A stretch of DNA of 63,123 nt from Candidatus Dormiibacterota bacterium (lineage in GTDB: Bacteria > Chloroflexota > Dormibacteria > Aeolococcales > Aeolococcaceae), in assembly GCA_036378495.1 (NCBI GenBank), contig DASUWI010000041.1, positions 1 through 63,123 on the forward strand, given 5' to 3'. Made by a program: the position numbers and the translations under genes. The notes below the pieces were generated by a model that was not told the DNA's origin, did not search any database, and saw nothing but the letters and a program-made list of their open reading frames with translations. Shown here in pieces: positions 15,285 through 21,305 of this stretch (position 1 is the first letter of the stretch; each line of letters opens with the position of its first letter).

Positions 15285-15788
15285 ATGTCCAACGCGCCAG
15301 GCGCCCAAGGCGAGGTCTCTGGACGGGATGCCGTCGGGTTCGACCGGGTGGACCGCCGCATCCTCGAGCTGCTGGCCGACGAGGGCCGGATGCCGATCGC
15401 AACGCTCGCCGAGAAGGCGGGCGTCTCGAGGGCCGGGGCATATGCGCGGCTGGAGCGGCTGCGCGCAGATGGCGTGCTCGAGGGGTTCAGCGCGCGCGTG
15501 CGCACGGACCGGCTCGGGCTCGGCATCACCGCACTCGTGCTGATCTCGGGACGGCAGCCGGCATGGCGGACACTGCGCGACGAGCTCGCCTCGATGCCCG
15601 AGGTGGAGTACTGCGTCTTCACCACCGGCGAGTACGACGCGCTGATCCTGGTTCGCGTGCCGAGTGTCGAAACACTTCGCGACGTCATTCTCGAGCGCCT
15701 GCAGGCCTCAGAGAACGTTCGCGCCACGCAGACGATCTTCGTGCTCGACGAGGTGGTGCGCCGCCCGTATGTGCTGCCGCAGCCCTGA
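15285..15788 (+). CDS. Lrp/AsnC family transcriptional regulator
   Basis: DRVDRRILELLADEGRMPIATLAEKAGVSRAGAYARLERL (HTH) plus a RAM/AsnC_trans_reg C-terminal domain (GEYDALILVRV). It is divergent from the HDO-hppD unit. Confidence 0.85.
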   Translation: MSNAPGAQGEVSGRDAVGFDRVDRRILELLADEGRMPIATLAEKAGVSRAGAYARLERLRADGVLEGFSARVRTDRLGLGITALVLISGRQPAWRTLRDELASMPEVEYCVFTTGEYDALILVRVPSVETLRDVILERLQASENVRATQTIFVLDEVVRRPYVLPQP

Positions 15789-15801
15789 GGAACCTCTGCC
15801 T

Positions 15802-15821
15802 ATGTGCTAACGTCAGCACAT
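15802..15821 (+). promoter_or_regulatory. Perfect inverted repeat ATGTGCT-N6-AGCACAT overlapping the vapB start codon (candidate VapB/VapBC operator)
   Basis: tATGTGCTaacgtcAGCACATg. The right arm includes the A and T of ATG 15820. TATGTG at 15801-15806 could act as a -10 for a near-leaderless transcript. Confidence 0.45.
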
Positions 15822-16059
15822 GAGACTGCACATAGAGATCGACGACGAGATCGTCGCCGAGATCGACCGCCGCGCCGGCCCGCGGAATCGCAGCGGCTTC
15901 ATCCGCCAGGCGATCGCCACAGAATTGGACGAGACCCGGCGCTGGGATCTCCTCGAGTCGGCGGCAGGGTCCGTCCGAGAACGCGGCCATCCGTGGGACG
16001 ACGATCCCGCACAGTGGGTGCGGACGCAGCGGCATGCGGACCGACGCCGCCTTGGCTGA
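15820..16059 (+). CDS. vapB: Type II antitoxin, VapB-like (ribbon-helix-helix)
   Basis: MRLHIEIDDEIVAEIDRRAGPRNRSGFIRQAIATEL has an RHH pattern. It sits 3 nt upstream of a PIN-domain ORF. Confidence 0.7.
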   Translation: MRLHIEIDDEIVAEIDRRAGPRNRSGFIRQAIATELDETRRWDLLESAAGSVRERGHPWDDDPAQWVRTQRHADRRRLG

Positions 16060-16062
16060 CCG

Positions 16063-16452
16063 GTGCTCGTTCTCCTGGACACAACCGTCCTGATCGACTT
16101 CCTGCGTGGCCGGCCGGCGACGCAGCGGGTCCTTGCGCTCCGTGCGCGTGGGGATCGGCCCTGCACCACCGCGATCAACGTCGAAGAGGTCGTTAGGGGT
16201 CTGCGGGTTCGCGAGACGAGAAGCGCTGCGCAACTACTGCAGGGATTGCAGATCCTTCCTCTCGGCGCCGCTGAAGGGTGGCGCGCCGGTGAGTGGCGGC
16301 GTGACCATGCAGCGCGAGGGATCACGCTCTCGCAAGCTGACTGCCTCATCGCCGCTGCTGCCGTCGTCGCTTCGGCGGTCCTGGCGACGGGAAACCCCAA
16401 GGACTTTCCGGTGTCAGAGCTTCGGCTCGAGCACTGGCCCGTCGGCGCGTAG
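16063..16452 (+). CDS. vapC: Type II toxin, PIN-domain ribonuclease VapC
   Basis: LLDTTVLIDFLRG (first acidic residue), INVEEV, and ADCLIAAAAVVASAVLATGNPKDF. GTG start. Confidence 0.8.
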   Translation: MLVLLDTTVLIDFLRGRPATQRVLALRARGDRPCTTAINVEEVVRGLRVRETRSAAQLLQGLQILPLGAAEGWRAGEWRRDHAARGITLSQADCLIAAAAVVASAVLATGNPKDFPVSELRLEHWPVGA

Positions 16453-16494
16453 CGCGGCAGGCGCGGACGAAACCAGGGTCCGGTGCATTCCCGC

Positions 16495-16644
16495 TCAACG
16501 TTGTGCGCGCGAGTTCTTTCCGATCCCCGCGGGTCCCACGACGATGAGCAGTCCGCCGGCGCCTCTCGAGGCAGCCTCTAGACCCGCCTCGACAGCAGCA
16601 GTTTCCCCAGCTCTCTCGAGAAGAGGTTGTGTCCCCTCCGCCAT
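16495..16644 (-). pseudogene. 5' stub of a STAND/LAL-type P-loop ATPase regulator, stopping just after Walker A
   Basis: The minus strand translates to MAEGTQPLLERAGETAAVEAGLEAASRGAGGLLIVVGPAGIGKNSRAQR*. This is the typical N-terminus of AAA/LuxR-type large ATPases, but only 49 codons remain open. It is convergent with vapC. Confidence 0.35.
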
Positions 16645-16748
16645 CGGAACCGATGGTGGCATGCGCCACATCCTGAGGAGAAGTCCTCACGACGCCGGCC
16701 CAGGCGGTTTCTATCGTCGCCTCATCAGTTCAGCTCAGAGGAACGACG

Positions 16749-17306
16749 ATGAAAACCGACCGCCCGACCATCAGCTTTCACGCATCCGTCCGCACGCGCG
16801 CGAGCCGCGACGCCGTGTACGACGTGCTGGCCGACCTGTCGACGCACCTGACGTGGGGCGGCGAACAGACGGGGGAGAAGCAGTTCCGCCTGCTCACCGT
16901 CGAGCAGCCCGGCGGTGCAGCCGTCGCGGGCACGCGCTTCTCGTCGACCGGCCTCATCCCGATGGGAACCTTTTATGACGACAGTGCCGTCACCCAAGCA
17001 GTGCGCGGTGCGCGGTTCGCATTCCATACGCAGAGCGTTCTCGAGCGCAAGCACGGCCGCCCCACCTGGCGCGGCACATTCGACCATGTGTACGCCATCG
17101 ACGGCGACGAGAGCGGCAGCACCATCAGCTATACGTGCAAGGCATACGCGGACAACTACGTCGCGTGGTGGATGACCCCGCTCATGAGCCCGATGACTCG
17201 CTTCAACGTTCAGCGCACGCTGACGACGTGCCTCCGCAGCCTGGCGGCGATCGCCGAGGCTTCGGAGCAGACCGTCCGCGTGAGCGCTGCAGCGGGGGGT
17301 GCGTGA
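16749..17306 (+). CDS. SRPBCC (START/polyketide cyclase-like) family protein
   Basis: 185 aa. The N-terminus ISFHASVRTRASRDAVYDVLADLSTHLTW is typical of SRPBCC ligand-binding proteins. Confidence 0.6.
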   Translation: MKTDRPTISFHASVRTRASRDAVYDVLADLSTHLTWGGEQTGEKQFRLLTVEQPGGAAVAGTRFSSTGLIPMGTFYDDSAVTQAVRGARFAFHTQSVLERKHGRPTWRGTFDHVYAIDGDESGSTISYTCKAYADNYVAWWMTPLMSPMTRFNVQRTLTTCLRSLAAIAEASEQTVRVSAAAGGA

Positions 17307-17329
17307 CGGGCTGAGCCCGATCCGCATCG

Positions 17330-17788
17330 CTACGCGACTTCGAAGATCGCCTCGAGCTCCACCGCCGCACCCAGCGGCAGCTGTGCAACCCCAACCGCTG
17401 CGCGCGCGTGACGGCCGCGTTCCTCACCGAACACGTCGACGAGGAGGTCCGACGCGCCGTTGGCCACCAGCGATTGCTCGGTGAACGTCTCCGCGCTGTT
17501 CACGTACGCGCTGAGCTTGATGACGGTGCGCACCGAGTCCAGTGACCCGACGGCATCGCGAACCGTGGCGAGCACGTCGATGAGCGTCGCGCGCGCGAGC
17601 TCCTGTCCACGAGCGGTGCTGAGCGAATCGCCCAGCCGCCCGGTGACCACCTGGCCGTTCTCCTTGCACACATGGCCGGAGACGAAGAGCAGGCTGCCGC
17701 TGCGGCGGGTGAGCACGTAGTTGGCCACCGGAGTGGTCACCGGTGGCAGCTCGATGCCCAGCACCGCCAGGCGCTCGTCGATGCCCAC
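17330..17788 (-). CDS. RidA/YjgF family reactive-intermediate deaminase
   Basis: LLFVSGHV...GRLG, VIKLSAYVN, ARAAVGVAQLPLGAAVELEAIFEV. GTG start, 1 nt after the SDR stop. Confidence 0.85.
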   Translation of the reverse strand: MGIDERLAVLGIELPPVTTPVANYVLTRRSGSLLFVSGHVCKENGQVVTGRLGDSLSTARGQELARATLIDVLATVRDAVGSLDSVRTVIKLSAYVNSAETFTEQSLVANGASDLLVDVFGEERGRHARAAVGVAQLPLGAAVELEAIFEVA

Positions 17789-17789
17789 C

Positions 17790-18671
17790 TCAGTAGTCCT
17801 GCAGGTAGTCGGCGTTGTACGCGAACGACGCGGGCTCGAAGCCGAACTCGGTCGCCACCGAATCCAGCCGCGTGATGTTGTTGATGGCGAGCATGTGCAG
17901 CTGGTCGACCGTTACGGGTGGGTGGGGCAGCAGCTTCTGCATGACGAACGCCGGCGCCAGCAGCGCGGGCACCGGCATGTGCATGGTGTAGCGGTGCACA
18001 CCGAGCGCCTGCTTGATGATGCGGACGATGTCGTCATACGACAGATGATCGGGACCACCGATGGCGTGGCTGCGGCCGCTGGGCCCGCGTTCCAGCGCGA
18101 GCACCATGCAGCGCGTCACGTCGTCGATCGAGATCGGCTGGAAGAGCGCTGAGCCGTCGCCGGCGACGACTGTGACCGGCGTCAGCCGGATGAGCCGCGC
18201 CAGCAGCGTGAAGAACCCGTCGCCGGGGCCGAAGATGAGGCTGGGTCGCAGCACCGTGTAGGGCACGCCGCTGGCCGCCACCGCCTCCTCGCCGCCCCAT
18301 TTGCCGAGCAGATACGGATATCGAGGGTCGGGATCCGCGCCGTTGGCGCTCTGCTGGATGAGGTGGGCCACGCCTGCCTCACGCGCCGCCGCGGCGACGC
18401 GTTCGCTGCCGCCGCGGTTCACGCGGTCGAAGGTGCGCTTGCCCCGCTCGACGATGATCGCGACAAGGTTGATGACCGCGTCGCAGCCGGCGAAGGCTGC
18501 GGCAAGGTCGGTGCCGTCGATGACGTCGCAGCGAACGAACGTGACGTTCGGCGGGAGGTGGACGCGGCGGGTGCCGCGGGCGATCGCCACCACCTCGTGG
18601 CCGGCGTCGGCCAGCGCGCGCACGGTGTGCCGCCCCACGAACCCGGTGCCCCCGGTGACCGCCACCCGCAC
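17790..18671 (-). CDS. NAD(P)H-binding SDR, complex I NDUFA9-like family
   Basis: GTG 18671 is preceded by GGAGGA with a 7-nt spacer. The N-terminus VRVAVTGGTGFVGRH is a Rossmann motif. The rest of the 619-aa ORF overlaps the imuA region and is Arg/Gly shadow sequence. Confidence 0.8.
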   Translation of the reverse strand: MRVAVTGGTGFVGRHTVRALADAGHEVVAIARGTRRVHLPPNVTFVRCDVIDGTDLAAAFAGCDAVINLVAIIVERGKRTFDRVNRGGSERVAAAAREAGVAHLIQQSANGADPDPRYPYLLGKWGGEEAVAASGVPYTVLRPSLIFGPGDGFFTLLARLIRLTPVTVVAGDGSALFQPISIDDVTRCMVLALERGPSGRSHAIGGPDHLSYDDIVRIIKQALGVHRYTMHMPVPALLAPAFVMQKLLPHPPVTVDQLHMLAINNITRLDSVATEFGFEPASFAYNADYLQDY

Positions 18672-18754
18672 GCCATGATCCTCCGCAATCCAGCAACCGA
18701 ACGGCAGGGAAGCGTATACGGGCTGTCCGGTCGAGCGGTTCGGGACTTGCATGG

Positions 18755-18768
18755 CGAACATGTGTTCG
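18755..18768 (+). promoter_or_regulatory. LexA (SOS/Cheo-type) box CGAACATGTGTTCG, followed immediately by TATGAT (-10-like)
   Basis: Perfect CGAAC-N4-GTTCG palindrome 72 nt upstream of the imuA-like ATG. TATGAT lies at 18770-18775. Confidence 0.7.
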
Positions 18769-18839
18769 CTATGATGAGCTTCCTGCCTCGGCGTTCCTGC
18801 TCCCCGTCCCGATGAGGCGAGAGCTTCCACGGAGGAGCG

Positions 18840-19640
18840 ATGTCGGATTCGCTTGCTGCTGCTCTGGCGACCCTGAAGCGTCGCTACGGGCCCAAGGCGC
18901 TCCGCCGCGGCGGCCTGGCCGAGGTGGCCGATGTGTGGCCCACCGGGGTCCCGGCGATCGATGGGGTCCTGGCGCCGGGCGGCCTGCCCCGGGGCCGTGT
19001 GACGCTGCTCCTCGCCGGGACGCGGAGCGGTCCCTCCGGCCGGCTCACCCTGCTGCAGTCGCTTGCGGCGCTGGCCAGCCGCTCGCAGGAGGTCGGCTAC
19101 GTCGACCTTGCCGGCACGCTCGACCCGGGCTTCCTCGCCGACCTCGGGGCTGACCTCGACGCCTGCCTGGTGCTCGATCCCGGCGCCGGCCGGTGGGCGC
19201 GCGGCCTGGCCATGGGCCGGTCGCTGATCACGGCGGGGCTGCCCTGGCTGGCCGTGGCCCTCGGTGCCGAGCAGCCCCGATCCGCCGTCTGGGAGCACGC
19301 GCTCACAGCGCTGGTCGAGGTGGTGGCGCGGCGCGGTGCGGTCTGCGTGGTCGCCGTCCCGGCCCCGGCGGCCGCTCCGCTCGCCTACGCCTCGTCGCTG
19401 ACGCTGACGTGCGCAGCGATGGGCTGGCAGCGGGCCCACGGCGACGTCACCGGGCTTCGAGTGCGGCTGACCACGACCAAGAGCAAGGTGAGCACCCCCG
19501 GCGTGGAGGCCTCGGTGCTGCTCCACTACCCGCGGACCTACGCGGCCGCCGAGGTGGTGGGGCTGCCGGCGGTGCTGGTCCCACCCGTCATGGTGAGCAC
19601 CGAGGAGGCGTTGCCGCGCCTGGCGGGGATGCCCGGTTGA
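18840..19640 (+). CDS. imuA: ImuA-like RecA-fold protein (inactive Walker A) of the SOS mutasome
   Basis: GGAGGAG RBS. WPTGVPAIDGVLAPGGLPRGRVTLLLAGTRSGPSGRLTL is RecA/ImuA-like but lacks GK[ST]. It is the first gene of the imuA-imuB-dnaE2 order. Confidence 0.7.
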   Translation: MSDSLAAALATLKRRYGPKALRRGGLAEVADVWPTGVPAIDGVLAPGGLPRGRVTLLLAGTRSGPSGRLTLLQSLAALASRSQEVGYVDLAGTLDPGFLADLGADLDACLVLDPGAGRWARGLAMGRSLITAGLPWLAVALGAEQPRSAVWEHALTALVEVVARRGAVCVVAVPAPAAAPLAYASSLTLTCAAMGWQRAHGDVTGLRVRLTTTKSKVSTPGVEASVLLHYPRTYAAAEVVGLPAVLVPPVMVSTEEALPRLAGMPG

Positions 19641-19641
19641 G

Positions 19642-20853
19642 ATGCGCATCCTCTGCGCGCGCTATCGACACCTGGGGCTGGTCACGGCGCTGCGGCGTTT
19701 CGCGGAGCTACGCGGCGAGCCCGTCATCGTCGGAGGAGCGCCCGAGCTGCGCCTGCCGGTGATCGCGGCCTCCCCGGCCGCCGCGCGCGCCGGGGTGCGA
19801 CCCGGCCAGCCGTTGCGCCAGGCGCAGCAGCTCTGTCCCGCCGCCGCGTTCGTCCCCTTCGACGCCGCCGCCACCGAGGCGCTGCGCGCCGAGATCAGCG
19901 CCCGGCTGCATCAGCTGGCGCCCACCGTGGAGGTGAGTGACGAGGAGGCGCTGTGCGATCTCTCCGGGAGGCACGCCGCCTACCCCGATGAGGGCGCCTG
20001 GGGGGTCGCCGCGTCACGCGTCCTCACGGCGGTGCTGGACGCCGACCCCCCGGCGGTGGGGATCGCCGGCTCACGATTCGTCGCCCGCATGGCGGCGCGC
20101 GAGAGCCGGCCCGGACGCCTGCGCCGCGTGCGGCCCGGTGAGGAGACGGCCTTCCTGGCACCGCTGCCGCTGGCGGTGCTCCCGGTCGACCGGGCGATCA
20201 CCGCCCGGCTCGCCGACTTCGGCCTCGACTGCCTCGGCGCTGTCGCGGCGCTCTCGCCGGCGGAGCTGCAACGGCAGTTCGGGCCGGCGGGGATGGAGGT
20301 GCACCGGCTGCTCCGCGCCCAGGACGGCGACGGCATCCTCGGCGGCGCGGTGCACCGGGTCTGGACCGAGTGCGTCGTGCTCGACCCGCCGGTGGCGGAG
20401 CTGGAGACGCTGGTCGCCGCCGCGCGCCGCTGCGCCCGGATCACCGGTGACCGGCTGCAGGCGGAGGGGCTGAGCTGCGGGGAAGTAGGCGTGACGATGG
20501 AGCTCGAGGACGCCCCCGCCGTCGCGGCCGCCGCGGTGCTGGCGGCGCCCGCCGGGTCCGGTGCCGAGGTCTGGACCGCCGTGCTGGCGCTGCTCGGTGA
20601 GCTCCATCCCTCCGCGCCGGTGAGCGCGCTGCGGGTCGAGCTCACCCGGATCGCGCCGGGTGCCGGCCGCCAGGCGGACCTGCTCCGCCCCGGTGACGCC
20701 GCCCGGGACTCGATCGCGGCCGCGGCCACACGCCTGCGCACCCGCTTCGGCGAGGCCGCCGCGCGGCGCCCGAAGCTCGCGGTGGACCCCGGCGACCTGC
20801 CCGAGCGGCGGTTCGTCTGGGAGGCGCCGGTGGCCGCCGGCGCCGTTCGATGA
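19642..20853 (+). CDS. imuB: ImuB, Y-family DNA polymerase-like protein (lacks the usual C-terminal module)
   Basis: MRILCARYRHLGL...PVIVGG...VIAASPAAARAGVRPGQPL...VEVSDEEALCDLSG is an ImpB/DinB-like fold without the catalytic acidic triad pattern. It starts 1 nt after the imuA stop. Confidence 0.8.
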   Translation: MRILCARYRHLGLVTALRRFAELRGEPVIVGGAPELRLPVIAASPAAARAGVRPGQPLRQAQQLCPAAAFVPFDAAATEALRAEISARLHQLAPTVEVSDEEALCDLSGRHAAYPDEGAWGVAASRVLTAVLDADPPAVGIAGSRFVARMAARESRPGRLRRVRPGEETAFLAPLPLAVLPVDRAITARLADFGLDCLGAVAALSPAELQRQFGPAGMEVHRLLRAQDGDGILGGAVHRVWTECVVLDPPVAELETLVAAARRCARITGDRLQAEGLSCGEVGVTMELEDAPAVAAAAVLAAPAGSGAEVWTAVLALLGELHPSAPVSALRVELTRIAPGAGRQADLLRPGDAARDSIAAAATRLRTRFGEAAARRPKLAVDPGDLPERRFVWEAPVAAGAVR

Positions 20854-21098
20854 CGGAGCTGCTGGCGGGCGCGGCCGAGGTGCGGGCCGCTGCCGGCGGA
20901 AGCCCGAGCGCGGTGCGCGTCGACGGCGTCTGGCGAGCGGTGCGCGAGGTGGCGCTCACCTGGCGGGTGGAGACCGACTGGTGGCGCACGCCGGTGCGCC
21001 GGGATTACGTGCGCTGCCTGCTCAGCCAGGACGCGTGCGTCGACCTGTACCGCGACCTCGAGACGGGGGTGTGGCACTGGGAGCGGCGCTATGACTGA
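20850..21098 (+). CDS. Small Trp-rich protein resembling the C-terminal module of canonical ImuB (split ImuB)
   Basis: ATGA overlap with the imuB stop. WRVETDWWRTPVRRDYVRCLL...DLYRDLETGVWHWERRYD matches the E-x-WW...RDY...W-x-x-G/R pattern I recall at the ImuB C-terminus. Confidence 0.55.
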   Translation: MTELLAGAAEVRAAAGGSPSAVRVDGVWRAVREVALTWRVETDWWRTPVRRDYVRCLLSQDACVDLYRDLETGVWHWERRYD

Positions 21099-21251
21099 GC
21101 CCCGGCTGCCAGGCGAGGGCGATGGCCCCGCCGTGCCCCGCGCCTGGTGGCCGCCGGCCGAGGGGGACCGGCGGCCGGGCGGGGGAAGGAGGGTTGCGAG
21201 TGGTGCGTCCAGCGCTGCCGCGGCGCGGGGAGTGAAGCGTTTGAGTGTGTT

Positions 21252-21290
21252 GTTCAGCGCTGAACGACTGATCCGTAGGCTACACGGATC
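21252..21290 (+). other. Two perfect hairpins/palindromes in the spacer before dnaE2
   Basis: GTTCAGCGCTGAAC (21252-21265, a 14-bp palindrome) and GATCCGT-aggctac-ACGGATC (21270-21290). They end 15 nt before GTG 21306. Confidence 0.6.
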
Positions 21291-21305
21291 TGTGGTGGAT
21301 GTCAA

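Noticed and set aside
17790-19649. A 619-aa minus-strand ORF that would extend the SDR gene upstream through the imuA region.
   Set aside because: The Rossmann motif VRVAVTGGTGFVG begins at GTG 18671 behind a strong GGAGGA RBS. The upstream 326 codons are low-complexity Arg/Gly/Pro and overlap the LexA box and the well-supported imuA-like gene on the other strand.
21252-21265. GTTCAGCGCTGAAC considered as a second LexA box in front of dnaE2.
   Set aside because: The half-sites are in the inverse order (GTTC..GAAC, not GAAC-N4-GTTC) and the spacing differs from the Cheo box at 18755. I kept it only as a palindrome or hairpin of unknown role.
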